Origin: Vitrella brassicaformis CCMP3155
Lineage: Eukaryota > Protista > Chromerida
NCBI GenBank assembly: GCA_001179505.1
Contig: CDMY01000007.1
Coordinates: forward strand, 62,001-126,000
Direction: 5' to 3'
DNA: 64,000 bases
The notes beneath the pieces are model-generated. The model was not told the origin of the DNA. It worked only from the letters and a program-made list of their open reading frames with translations, and made no database searches. Position 1 is the stretch's first letter. The number at the start of each line of letters is the position of its first letter. Positions 38,607-52,161 of this stretch are shown here, in pieces. Position numbers and translations under genes: made by a program.

Positions 38607-39095
38607 CCTTACAACACGCACTCAAACACCCAACGTCACCCACAGATCTTCTCAAAACAGACACCAGAATTCGCCGCACGACGGCATAGGCAGCTCACCA
38701 CAGTTCCACTACTTGGTTCTGTACACGCTTAGCTCGCAGACTTCCTTTAGCTCGCAAATTTCCTTCTTCCTCTTCACGATTCGGCCCCGCCATGGTGTGA
38801 CGACAGTCTCCAGCTGCTGGTCTCTGGATTTCTGCCTTGTTGCTTGCTTTTTTCGGCAGCAACGTCGGGAGACGGATTGGGTGACGGTGCTTGTGCTCGC
38901 CGGCGGAAAACCTCCTCGTTTTGAGAAGCTGGCTGACGGGCAGCAGGCGGCGAGTGAGTCGGCAGGCAGAAGTTTGTGATCGGGAGCCACCAAGACAACA
39001 CAACGGATTCCACCCTCGTGTGGTGCTGAGTTTTCTAGAGCACCAGAGGGATGTGGAACGAGCTTCGGCAGAGGGACCAGATTGAGGTCTGGGCG

Positions 39096-41387
39096 ATGGC
39101 ATCACGATGGCAAGCCGAAATAGGTGCGGAGCAAGAGACCCGATCTGTCAGTCAGTGAGACAGGTGGTGACCGAGCGTGGCTGTGTGCGTGTGTCTGGCT
39201 GTTATGGCAGATCGTGTGCGTGACTACGAGAGGAGCGGTCTGGATGGCGAGGCGCGTGAGCGGCTGCGGCGTGTGCAGAGGGAGGTGCTGATCAACGTGA
39301 GCCTGCCCGACGCCATCAGCTGCCAGACCGTCGAGGACGGGGCGGTGGTTCGTGTGGACATAGAGGAGACGGCCCACTCCAGCCCGTGCCACTTCCTCAC
39401 GTCCGTGTGCCCCAACCTGGCCGTCTGCTGTGCCGAGCCCCTGCCCCGGCCGACCACCACCATGTGGCGCGACAACGAGCTGACGGCCCTGCTGGACCAG
39501 GTGTACACCCAGCTGCAGACCCACCCGCTGCTCACCACCACTCCCATGCCGTCCAAGAGCGACAAGGAGTACGAGCAGATGGTCAACCGCATGCTCTGCA
39601 TCTCGCCGCAGAAACCCAACCGCATCCTCACCCCGCCGTCGCTCGACGCCACGCCGACTGAGCTGCCGTCCACCGCCACTCATGAGGTCATGATGACTGA
39701 CCGGAGCGAGGTGCGGCATCATGATGATGTCGAGAGCGAGGTGCGGCATCATGACGATGTCGAGAGCAGCGAGGCGGATGACGATGACGAGGAGGCAGAG
39801 GACGAGAAGGAGGTGGACGAGGGGGGCGCGTACGACGGCCAGAGCCGACCCGAGACTCCCCCGGAGATCACGCCACACAATGTCACACCGACCAATAAGG
39901 CAGATGCCAAGAAGGTGAGGACATCAGGGAAGGACGTGTATGTGAGCTGGCACTCAAAGGTGTATGGCGTGGATGGTGTGTCTGTCTGTCTGTCCCTTGT
40001 AGGCCGAGTTGGATCGGTTGTTGGGTGAGTGGGAGCGTCTGTACGAGAGCGAGAAGGTCACCATGGCCCACGACGCCTGGACCAAGGTCGTCACCGCCAC
40101 GCAGGACTACCTCACCATCATCGGACACATCGACAGCCCCGAGGGCGACAAAACACGTGAGCGACGCGACGCAGCGAGAGAGATGTCGGCCAGGCAATCC
40201 ACCGTGTGTCCTCTGCATGAATACGTGGCTGCAGCCCCATCCCCAATGGACGTGAGGGTTCTGCTGGAGCGTGCGGCCATCGACGTCAATGGCCACCCGC
40301 TGCTGCAGGACGACGCCCTTCGCCGGTTTGAGATGGCCATGAAGGAGATCCAGGCCACAGACGCCATCCTCGACACCGCCGACTCACACACAATGGGCGG
40401 CGGAAGCTCGCGATACGACCTCCGGTAGGACAGGGAGGGAGAGACAGAAATCGACAAGACAAGCAGGGGTGTGTGTGCACGAGTGTGTGCGTCTTTGTGT
40501 GGTCGTCCGTGCAGGTGGCATGTCGACAAGGACAATGTGGTGGTCATGTCAGCCGAGGGCGTCATCGACGTGCCTCTGTTCCACCTGCTGTGCCTGCTCT
40601 ACGAGACGGATTACTACTGTCGTTTCTTCCCCTTCGTCAGCAAGGTCGAGACCATCATGGAAATCGACAGGATGAACCGAGTCATGAGACACGAGTACGG
40701 AAAGCATGAACGAGGAGCGAGAAATGCACAGCGCACCTGTCGATCTGTATCTGTCTGTGGATGTCTCTCCAGGTTCTCCTTCCCGTGGCCGCTGAACAAG
40801 CGCGAGAGCATCAACTATGGGTTTGGCACGGATGCGCTGGACGACCCGAGGTACGAGGCGGTGGTGGTGTGTTCGTGGAGCATCACACACGACGACCGGC
40901 ACGGCCTGGGCATCGCGGTGCCGGACATCAGCCCCCACCGTGTGCCCATGAAGATCGACCACTTCACATGGCGCCTCCAGCCGATCACCCAACACAAGAC
41001 CAGGCTGCAATTCGTTTTCAAGGTACCCACATGCCATGCAACCAACCGTATGTATGTGTTGATAGATATGTATACATACCTGTGCACTCAACCGCGTGGA
41101 TACCGTGTGTTTCCTCCCTGGTTGCTGTGCAGGCGAATCCGCACATAGCTCATCTGCCGGTGTCGGTGCAGGCCTACGCGACGCGTTACATCACCCACAG
41201 CGTGTACCGCAACATGACCAAGTGCGCCAGGCGGTTCAAGGGCTCCGTGTGGGAGAAGCGCATGCACGAGCGGCCGGACGTCTACGGCTACATGCAGACC
41301 AGACTGGAGGAATACTTCAGCAACAAACGGGGGCAGGGTGAGATGAGGCCAGGGGGGAGCCGGAGGGAGGGGGCGACCACTGAATGA
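39096..41387 (+). CDS. START/SRPBCC-like lipid-binding domain protein with an uncharacterised N-terminal half
   Basis: C-terminal exons give AEGVIDVPLFHLLCLLYETDYYCRFFPF, FSFPWPLNKRES, PHRVPMKI and WEKRMHERPDVYGYMQTRL, resembling protist START-like proteins. ATG 39096 splices in phase 1 to DRVRDY. Confidence 0.65.
39704..39763 (+). repeat. In-frame 30-bp tandem duplication (SEVRHHDDVE x2)
   Basis: gagcgaggtgcggcatcatga(t/c)gatgtcga occurs twice. Confidence 0.9.
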
Positions 41388-43631
41388 ATGAACGAGTGGA
41401 TGGATGTATGGATGAGTGAGTGACTGTCTCAGTGGGGTGGGGTGGGCAGGGCTGAGTGAGTGGTTGATTTGTCTGTGTGATGTGAGGGAGGGAGGCCCAT
41501 GGGTGCGTGTCCGTAGTGGTGTGTATCTATGCGTGAGAGTGCGTGTGGGCTGCTGGGTGAGGGCTGTAGGCGTGTGTTCATCCATGCCATGCCCCAGTCG
41601 TACCGTGTGTGTGTGTGAGTGTGTGTGTGTGTTTGATAGTGGGTGTGAGTCCCCCGTTTCAACTAACTGGTTTTGCCGTCCTTATTTGCTTTGCCTTTCT
41701 GTCCGTGTGCCTTGTGCTCTGTGCGATCCGTCTGTCTGCGATCCGTCTCGTCCGATCGTCGTGTTTGCTTTTTGCCCTTGATTTTGTTTATGCATGTGAT
41801 ATGAGCGTGTGTGGATGTATAGTGTGCGTGAGAGTAAGTGGATGGGTGTGCGTACCGTGCATTGCCGTGCGCCCCTGTCCATGAGGCTGGACAAAAGCAA
41901 GGGCGCCTGGCTTGCATGGCACGCACCTGCTGCCTCACGAGTACGAGTACGGGTCCTTTACTCTCTTATCCTTTATTTCTCGTCCGCCTCTGTGCGGCGC
42001 GCGCCGTTGATCCGTTCCATGCAGTCCAGCCATGCAGACAGACGTGCTACTTACTCACTTACACACGTTCACCCGATATTTATTTACGTACTGCCTGCTG
42101 CCTGCCTTGCTGCCTTCGCTCACGACCAATGTCTCTGTGTGTGTGTTTGCCCTGCCAGCCAAGAAACATGCCACCTGCTGCTCATGTGCCCGCCTGCCTG
42201 TCTGTCTCTCCTACTGCCCTATTGCCCGTCTTTTTGCCCACCAGTCCACCCATTGCGCACCGCACCCAGTCAGTCAGTCAGTCAGTCATGTAGCCACCCA
42301 GCCAGCACATAGTACACCCATCCATCCATTTACCGATCCATCAGTGAGCCCTCCCGCCTCCTCCCTTTTTTCCATGGATGCAAGTCCTTTGCTGTCCGTT
42401 TTGTGCAACAGACATACACACGTTCATGTGCACTCATGTCATATATGTGGCTAATGAATGAAGGAATGCGATGCTGACTTTTTCTACCGTCGTCATTTGG
42501 AACTGCGACGCACGTACGGGACGTTTCGCACTGCATGCCATCCATCGTCACTTACAGCGTACACACAAGTGCTTGCATGCATGTCTGCGCGTCTCCCTGC
42601 GCCTGTCGATAGAGCAATGAAGAGGTTGTGTTTACTGTTCATGTGTGCGTGTGTCCATGCACATCACATTCATCCCTATACAGGGCCGGTGGCAAGTGGC
42701 TGGTGGGTGGCTGTGTGTACCTACCTAACCCATTCTATTCCTTGTGTCTTATCTACCTGAGCACGTCGGGCCCTAAGTCTGTGTGTCTGTAACCCACTGT
42801 CTCTCTTTCCTGCTTGATTTCCACTTCCCCCCACAGCCACACCGTTTGTTTACCATACACACATCCACCCATCCATCCATCCATCCACCCGTATATGTCC
42901 ACACACACACACACACACACCCCACGCCGCCATCACTCGCACAAAGGAAAGAAGCTCGGTGCACTGTGAGAATGCACTAATCATCTCGCAGCCGCCCGGA
43001 GCTGGTGGTGAGCGGTCCGTACAATATCTTTTGGTAAGGTACTTTTGTAAGGACTGGCTTGTTGTCCGGCCGTCTGTATGTCATGAACTGATAGAGGGGT
43101 CGCAACTATAGAGGGGGGTGGAGGGGGGCGGGAGGGTGCTTGTTTGTCAATAATTAGCTCAATACATTCGGACGGACGGGGGCGAGGGGGTGCCTGGCTC
43201 ATGAAAACGGTGGGCCGCGACGGGAGTGTGGCGATTCGTGAACGAACAGAGAGGCACACAGGCTGGCTGACGGATGCATCTCTATCATGTTTGACACGTG
43301 GTGCGTGTGCATTGTTGCCGTACGTGGTCGATGAATGCAATGATATGGATGGATGGATGGATGGGTAGTCAGCCACAGAGCGAGAGTCAAGCCAGCAAGC
43401 ACACTGTATGCAGGCATCTCATCTATCTGTCTGTCTATGGCGTGAATATGTGACCGATCGACACGGACTGGCATTGTACGTACACACGTACACAATGAAT
43501 GAATGATCAAAACAACGCAATCAAACGGCGAAACTTGGACTGACACACAAGCAGAATCAAAGCAGCTGGCTGGCAAAGCGGAATCAAAGCTTGGCATATA
43601 AGTCAGTCTGAGTCAGTCACTCACTGCAGCG

Positions 43632-46600
43632 ATGTGTTGGCGTCGCCTCGCGCTTCTCTCATCTCTCATCTCGGTGTGTCTCGCACAGAATGCAACAAGT
43701 AGGCCACAAACACAGAAACAGAGCAAGAAAGCCAACACACACTCACACTCAATGTCTCTCTCTCTTGTGTCTCTCTATGTGATGCAGCAATAGAGCCCAC
43801 CACCTACATCAAGCTGAGCAGTGCATCGGCCGACAGCACGTTTTCGCGTGAGTTTGCTGCAGAGAATGGCATCGTGCCTGGGTCGGGGTATTGGTGTTCG
43901 GCTGGCGGCCACAATGACAGCGGCGTCGTGACGTTCACCGGGTTTGTGTCGGGCATGCCCAAGCGTGTGCGGGGCGTGTCCATCCACTGGGCATACGCGC
44001 CGGGTGAGGTGGGCATCAAGACGTCGGTCGACGGCCGCGAGTACGAGGCAGCGCTGCCCATGCGCACGGCACCACGGACAGAGGAATCATTCGACCAGGC
44101 AAGCAGCCAATCAATGAGACAGACACAAACCGGACAGACAGAGATTGATACATATGTGTGTCTGTGTCTCATCTCTGTCTTCGTCAGGATCTGTTGTTCG
44201 ACGCACCGAGGCGCGTCAAGGCCATGCAGGTGGTGATGGGTCGGCCCGTCCACGACTTTTACGGCATCAACACACTCCGCCTCATCGGCTATGGCGTCCC
44301 CACAGTCACACTCATCAGCGGCATCACATCCATCGGCGAGGAGCAGTGCCTGCAGGTCGAGCACGGCCGCGTCCACACGGCCGGCGCGAGAGTGACGCTG
44401 GCTTCGTGTCTCGAGGCGGCCGCCAATGCGGCCTTCCCATCTGGCTATTACTACGTCCAGCCGCCCTGCGCCGATACACCCTTTCGCGCCTTCTGCCACA
44501 CGCCAACGGCCGCCACCCTCTCCCTCTTCACGGCCGGCCGACGGGCGGGGCACAGCATCTCCGACCTCATCAAGACGCCAGCAGATGCCCACCACAGCTG
44601 TGAGCAAGTCGGCATGGCACCCTTAAAGCTGCGAGATGCCAGCCAGCTGAAAGTCGTGTTGCCGTACCTCAAGTCGCTGGGGATCACTGATCTCGTAACC
44701 ACACACCCCAACCACACACACACACCAAATGCATCGACTGATCCATCTCTGTCTCTCTCTCTCTCTCTCTGTGTGTGTGGGTGTGTGTGTGTGGTGTGCA
44801 GTGGCAGTGTGGGTGTGTTCACGAGTGGCGCGCAGGCCCACTTTGACCGACTCGCCTTCACATCAGCGCCGTGTGAGGCGCCGTCCACGACGCTCGTGCC
44901 GCCCCTTCCGCCTCAATGCAGCTACTTCAGCATGGCTGCGGCACTCGGCGGCGGCGTGCCGCCGACGTGGCACGTCACAGACGGAGGCGGCGACCGAGAC
45001 ACAATGGCGGTGACGTCCGACTGGCAGTACAAGACGAACGTNNNNNNNNNNNNNNNNNNNNNNNNNNNNNNNNNNNNNNNNNNNNNNNNNNNNNNNNNNN
45101 NNNNNNNNNNNNNNNNNNNNNNNNNNNNNNNNNNNNNNNNNNNNNNNNNNNNNNNNNNNNNNNNNNNNNNNNNNNNNNNNNNNNNNNNNNNNNNNNNNNN
45201 NNNNNNNNNNNNNNNNNNNNNNNNNNNNNNNNNNNNNNNNNNNNNNNNNNNNNNNNNNNNNNNNNNNNNNNNNNNNNNNNNNNNNNNNNNNNNNNNNNNN
45301 NNNNNNNNNNNNNNNNNNNNNNNNNNNNNNNNNNNNNNNNNTGTTCGGCTGGCGGCCACAATGACAGCGGCGTCGTGACGTTCACCGGGTTTGTGTCGGG
45401 CATGCCCAAGCGTGTGCGGGGCGTGTCCATCCACTGGGCATACGCGCCGGGTGAGGTGGGCATCAAGACGTCGGTCGACGGCCGCGAGTACGAGGCAGCG
45501 CTGCCCATGCGCACGGCACCACGGACAGAGGAATCATTCGACCAGGCAAGCAGCCAATCAATGAGACAGACACAAACCGGACAGACAGAGATTGATACAT
45601 ATGTGTGTCTGTGTCTCATCTCTGTCTTCGTCAGGATCTGTTGTTCGACGCACCGAGGCGCGTCAAGGCCATGCAGGTGGTGATGGGTCGGCCCGTCCAC
45701 GACTTTTACGGCATCAACACACTCCGCCTCATCGGCTATGGCGTCCCCACAGTCACACTCATCAGCGGCATCACATCCATCGGCGAGGAGCAGTGCCTGC
45801 AGGTCGAGCACGGCCGCGTCCAAACGTCTGGCGCGAGAGTGACGCTGGCGTCGTGTCTCGAGGCGGCCGCCAGTGGCGACGGGCGGGAGCTCTTCCGCTT
45901 CAACTCCAACGGCCAACTCGCCAACGTCGCTGGCGGCCTGTGTGTCCAGCTCAAGGACAACAAACACCAACAGGGTCGGTGACATGGCACAGACCACACA
46001 CACACACACACATTGGTTGGTGCGGATCTGTCTCTCCATGGATCGATGTGTGCATTGCAGGTGGCGTTGTGGATTTGGCGCCGTGCGAGAGTGCCTTGTC
46101 TTTTCAAGACGGCCGGTCTCTGTTTGAGGTGCAGCCCAACAGCCAACTGCGGGTCATGAAGGCCGGCAAATTCTGCATCACGCCCATTGGGGAGTCGGCG
46201 GGCGATGTCGACCTCGCCCTCCACTCGATCGCCTCGACCAACAGGCCCAGTGACGACCCCACACACGCACCCGAGAAGGCCGTGGACGGCAAAGGGGATA
46301 CCTACTGGGCCAGTGATGTGCTTGACGCCGACGCCACTGGCCAGCATGTCACATTCGACATCGACCTGGGGGAGCCGGCGAGGCTCGACAAGATCACCAT
46401 TGAATGGGAATACCCCGCACTCGGTACGTCACCATAGCATCACAGACATACTGACGACACGCCACGCCACGCACCCCTGTGTGGTGTGTGCCTCACTCAC
46501 AGAGTTCGGTGTTCTGTTGAGTCTGGACAAGGCCCACGAGACGGAGGCGGCCAACGTCATCGCCAACCCACTCAACGAGACCGCCCTTGCACTGCCACCG

Positions 46601-49600
46601 CAAGAGGCCCAGTACGTGCGTCTGGTGCTCCGCAAGCCCCACCCCGTCTACGCGGCCGTCGACATTAGTCGGTATGTCTACGGCATCCGTCGCGTGACGC
46701 TGTTGGCCAACAAGCTGCGCGTGGGCGTGGAGGAGTGCGACGTCGCCCAACACTCCAAGGACGCACGAGACAAGTTCTTCCTCGAGGGCGTACAAACAGC
46801 AGACCTCCAGCCAAATGTCAACACACACACACACACAGAGAGGGATGTGATTATACAGAGGCCCATTGTGTCTCTGTGTGTGATTGATGTCTGCAGACGC
46901 AGTTGATGTCTCTTCGTCACGAGCTCAAGTCCTCGTCACGCCAGATGGACCTCACGACGGCTTCCGTCGAGTCGATGGCTGCCAAGGAGGTGAAGCAGTG
47001 CCGCACGCAGACACAGGCGTCCCTGTCCCGCCTGCAGCGCCTGACCGCAGCGGACGACACACTCACGACTCACCTCCACCACGTGCAGGCCAAGCTCCGC
47101 TCGTACGCCATCGACGAGAGCCTGCTCACACTCGGAGACACCGAGCACAGCCCCGCAGACGACTGCAGCGACATAGCCGGCCTGGCACACACACAGCCGG
47201 CGGCCTTCCCATCCGGCTATTACTACGTCCAGCCGCCCTGCGCAGACACGCCCTTTCGCGCCTTCTGCCACACGCCTTCCTCCCTCTTCACGGCCGGCCG
47301 ACGAGCGGGGCACAGCATCTCCGACCTCATCAAGACGCCAGCAGACGCCCAGCACAGCTGTGAGCAGCTCGGCATGACGACCTTTGAGCTGCGAGATGCC
47401 AGCCAGCTGACAGTCGTGTTGCCGTACCTCAAGTCGCTGGGGCTCGGCCGACAGCAGGACAACACCACCGAAACACAACGCGTCATACCGGTACGCCAAC
47501 CAGAGAGACAGAGGGAGAGAGGGAGAGAGAGGGAGGTGCAATGTGTGGGTGTGTGTGGTGTGTGCAGCTGGCGTACGACTTCACGTGTGAGAGCGGCGTG
47601 TGTGCGGGCAAACTGACATCCATCGCCGGCAACGTAGCCACACACCCATCCACTCACTCACTGTCTGGCTGCATGAATTCATATTGCTGGATGGCGTGTG
47701 TGTCTCTCTCTGTCTCTTTGCCTGCAGGGTTCCTTGCCCTCACTGAATGGTCTGCTGTCGTCCATCACGCCCCGGCCGGCCATCGCATTATCGGCTGCGG
47801 GAATCGCAATCAAGCCAGGTATGCACTACTCACTCTGCACACATACGCAGACACACGACCCACCTCTGTCTGTGTGTGTGTGCAGGTCTGTCTGCGGCCG
47901 AGATAGCGTACTTCGAGTTGGGTGGCACCGACGTCAGTGTCATGGGCGTGCTGTGCGAAGTCAAACCCACGAAGCGACCGTAAACAAACGACACACACCA
48001 CACAATAAGCCGCTCTCTGTCTGTATGTGGCGGATGGATGCGTGTCGCCATGTGCACAGTGTGGCCATTTCGATCGCCTGCGGATCGTCGCCGAGAGGAG
48101 ACACATCAACCTTCCAGGGCCCTCTCCACACTGAGATCACCGTCAAGTGCCCGCCGTGCACCACTGCCGCGACGAAGGTGGTCGGCACGGGCATCTACAG
48201 AGACGACACCTCGGTCTGTCTCGCCGCACAACACGCCGGCGTGACCGCTGCCGACGGGGGCACCGTCACTGGTCAGTGGCACAGACATACGCACAGACGG
48301 ATTGTGTGCATGTGTGTGTGTGTGTGTGGCCACCAGTCCGTCTGCGCGAGGGCTTCGAGCGGTACGAGGGGTCGACGCAGAACGGCGTCACATCCGAGTC
48401 CTCCCAAGGCCCGTTCAAGTGGGACCGGAGCTTCACCCTCTCCCTGCCCACAGCCCGCAAGTGCCCCCGACGCCCGACCGCCGAAACCACACCGACAATG
48501 TTCGTCGAAGTCATCGCAGAGACGGCCACCCTCACCAACGCTACACGCATCGCTCAGCCTCTCCCGCCCCGCGAGACAGTCGAGGCCGGCACGGGATTCG
48601 ACACGGGTTTCGCCATCTCGACAGCCAACACATACATCGACCGCCACGCCCTGTCAGTCGACCCCCACCACGTCGACAAGCAGACAGAGGAGGCAAGGAG
48701 TGCCGTGCAGCAGGCGAGGCGCGTCCTGAAGCCGACCACAGTCCTGGCCAACAAGCAGCTCACCGCCCTGCTGGACCTCGAGGCCGACAGCGCCTCATTT
48801 GCCCACCAGCTCGACACCAAGTCCAAGAACCTCCAAGACATGCTCGCTGGTGAGTGGAGTGGGCGGCTGGGGGGAAGACACACACATACATACACACAGA
48901 CAAACACATACAGGCCGATCTCTGTTTGTGTGGTCAGGTTACGAGCGTCAGCTCAAGTACTACGTGACTCGGCTGAGGGGCCAGAGCGGCTTCAGGTCGT
49001 TCAGAGTCACATACGATAGCGACCTCACCGACGACTTTCGGTGCGAGGACGGTGCGGCCGTCATCAAGGGGCCGAGCCGGTGGGAGCTCGCACACGACAC
49101 GGCCGGACGGGAGACAACCATCTCGCAAGTAAGTTAGTTGGCACATCATCATCCATCACACAAGTGTCTTGATGCCCATCTGTGTGTCCATGGAATGGAT
49201 GCTTCAGTTGTCGATGGTCGAAGGCCAGATGATGACGGGCACCACATGCATACGAAAGGACACACGGTAACTTACGCACCACACAGACAGATATCCACAG
49301 ATCGATCCGTGTGTGTCGTGTCGTGTGTGCAGTGTGTACGACGGGTCATTCACGGCTGACGTGTACGTGGCTGGCGGGACTGGCAGCGCCGGTCTGGTGT
49401 TCCGAGCGACTGACATGGACAATCTCATGATGTTCGAGATGCGCCAAAGGCCAAACGGCTACAAACGGCTGGCAAGCAAACCTCACCTCACCTAAACAAC
49501 AAACAGCCACCATCTGAATGCACACGTGTGTGTGTGTGTGTGTGTGTGTATAGGTCAAGGTTGTGGATGGGAGTGCCTTCGAGCTGCAGAAGATATACGA

Positions 49601-49848
49601 CGGCGGCTATGTGACCGGCCAGTGGTACAGCTTCAACATCACGCTCCGTCAAGGCCACATCCGCGTCAAGGGCGGCGAGACCGGCACACAGCTGTCGGAC
49701 ATATTCGACACCTACGACGGATCACTGATCTCGTGCGCACAGCACACACCCCAACCACACACACACACCCCCCAAATGCATCGACTGATCCATCTCCACC
49801 TGTCTGTTCTGTCTGTGTGTGTCTGTGTGTGTCTGTGTGTGTCTGTGT

Positions 49849-49885
<37 letters not shown>

Positions 49886-51533
49886 GGCAGTGTGGGTGTG
49901 TTCACGAGTGGCGCGCAGGCCCACTTCGACCGGCTCGCCTTCGCATCAGCGCCGTGTGAGGCGCCGTCCACGACGCTCGTGCCGCCCCTTCCGCCTCAAT
50001 GCAGCTACTTCAGCATGGCTGCGGCACTCGGCGGCGGCGTGCCGGCGACGTGGCACGTCACAGACGGAGGCGGCGACCGAGACACACCGGCGGGGACGTC
50101 CGACTGGCAGTACAAGACACACGTGGCCGGCGCACCAAAAGTACTCGCACAGGTATGTAATGAGACACCAACACACACACAGAGAGGGAGGCAGGGCGAG
50201 AGGGATGCACGTCTCTCCTTGTGTGGTGTGATAGTTGTCTGGCGTCCCGCAAACTGTTGCCTTGGTGAAGCGTCACGTGACTTGCCGAGATGGCCGCATC
50301 AGGCTGCACATGTTCCCCCAGTGCTCTGGCGACGACGCAGCTGTCGGTGTGGTGTTGCGCTACCAGCCCCACACTGACAGCTACTACGCCGTCGTGCTCA
50401 CACCAAACGCCCTGCAGGTACTAGTAAACAAATGCATGTGTAAAATAAATGTCATCTATCTATCCATCCCTCTCCCCTTGTGTGTGTGTCTCGTGTAGGT
50501 GCGCAAGTCGATCGAGGGCCGAGTATCGGTGTTGGCTTCTGACCGGTCGGGCGGCTTCCCATCGGACAGCCAGTGGCTGAAGGTCGAGGTGGCCTTCGAG
50601 CACTCCGAGCTGCGCGTCGACGTGTACGGCCCCAAGCACACCAAGAAGGCAACACTGCAGACTGGCGGTCTACACGAGCTCGATGTGAGCAACAAAAGGG
50701 GACGAACGCACAGAGACGTCCATCCATGAATGTGTGTCACCTGTCTGCATTCAGGATGGGTCTGTTGGGCTGCTGTCGTCTCACTGTGCGGGCGTGGCCT
50801 TCGCAAACATGACGGTGCTGCCTTCATCAGCCCACCCCCTCACCGCCGCATCAGCCAGCGACACTCACGGCCCCCTCCGATCATCAAAGCATCCGGACAT
50901 TGTCATCCCGCCGCACACAGCAATGGAGAGTGCGATGTCCTTCGCCGCCCTCCCGGCCTCTGTGTGTTTGTCTGCCAGCCACGCCCTCGACCGGCAGCGT
51001 GTGTGCCGCGACCTGCAACCGAGTGCAGCACTGAGCGAGTGCGCTGATGTGGGACACTTCTGCTTCAAGTGCTGCCAGCACCAGTAAGGACACCACACAC
51101 ACAGACGGGGGAAGGCATGGCATGGCATGGCTGTGCGGGTGTGCGTGTGTTTGGGGTATGTATCAGTGTGGGGGGTGAGAGTGGAGGACTTCTGGAGTGC
51201 ACCCGGGCGTGCCACGAGAACGACCAGCACGCTCACGAGACACAGAGCGCACTCGAGAGCATCCTCAGGTGCGCTGGCCACCGCACACAAAGACACACAC
51301 ACACATCCACTCATGTGTGTCTCCCTCTCTCTCTGTGCAGTTCGTGTGTGGGTGGTCGCGGTGAGGTGTTCGCCATGTGTTCCCAGGCGTCGCAGCGCAG
51401 CAGTGAGGCCGCGTGCCGGAGGGCCGTGTGCGGCCACTGCTGCACGACGGCCAACGACAAGGACCAGTACGACACACAAATCAGAGACGAGTGTGCGGCA
51501 CAGTGCAAGACCAACAACACGCTGATTGCATGA
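43632..51533 (+). CDS. Secreted multi-domain LCCL protein, CCp1/CCp2 (LAP)-like
   Basis: Signal MCWRRLALLSSLISVCLA is followed by a discoidin-like domain, ricin-B (CLQVEHG..GQLANVAGGLCVQ), discoidin (AVDGKGDTYWAS), coiled coil and NEC (SPADDCSDI..SGYYYVQPPC). Then come LCCL (VVGTGIYRDDTSVCLAAQHAGV..YEGSTQNGVTS), two levanase/ConA-like domains (GLVFRATDMDN; GSVGVFT) and a Cys-rich end. It is interrupted by a likely mis-assembled block at about 44370-45820. Confidence 0.88.
44370..45041 (+). repeat. Segment matching the deleted LCCL copy (reverse complement of about 5665-6340)
   Basis: It carries the same two deletion junctions as the 5-7 kb copy (LEAAA|NAAFPSGYY and KSLG|ITDL). Confidence 0.8.
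45042..45341. other. Assembly gap (300 N)
   Basis: N run. Sequence after it restarts at the equivalent of about 43895. Confidence 0.95.
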
Positions 51534-52161
51534 TTGATTATGAGAGAGACAGATAGAGAGAGGTCTGCAGTGGACGGATGGAGAGGCTCACAGACAACGG
51601 GTGACATACATGACACGCATCTGAATGAATGAATGAATAATGGCCTGGCTGGCTGGTTGACGCACGGAGAGAGTGACTTGTTGGTTGACCGATGTGGATG
51701 ATTGAGTCGATGGGGGCAAGTGGATGAGATCGTGTGTGCATTATGTGATCAGCACCACCATCCATTCGTTCAGAACACGCGTATCCGTCACCAGACCACA
51801 GAGAGGGAGGGGGCACCCGTAGCTGCCTGGCTGTTTGCCGCCCCTTCACCACGTGCGTGCGTGTGTCGGGGTTTCACGGTATGTCATCAGCAAACAGCGG
51901 TCAGACATGCCACCGGTGCCTTCCTCTCCCTCTCGTTGTGTCTTTCTTGTCATGTGTCTGTCCATATGTACGTATGCACATGTGTCCCCACTCCCCCACC
52001 CAATCAGTCACCCACCACACGTACAGTCGTGGTGGTACCTATTCACAGTCTGTCTCTCTGTCTGTCTGTCTGTCTGTCTGTACTGCCGTTGTGTCTGTCT
52101 TCTCTCGATTTGTCTCTTCGTTCGTCTGTATCTATGTTCGTGTCTATGTCTGTTCTGTCAC

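Noticed and set aside
44158-45041. Long ORF reading through the deletion junction and intron (also 5519-6547 on the minus strand)
   Set aside because: The frame is kept only by translating a microsatellite intron (THPNHTHT..SLSLSLCVC). Normal splicing gives a stop, so it is probably coincidental.
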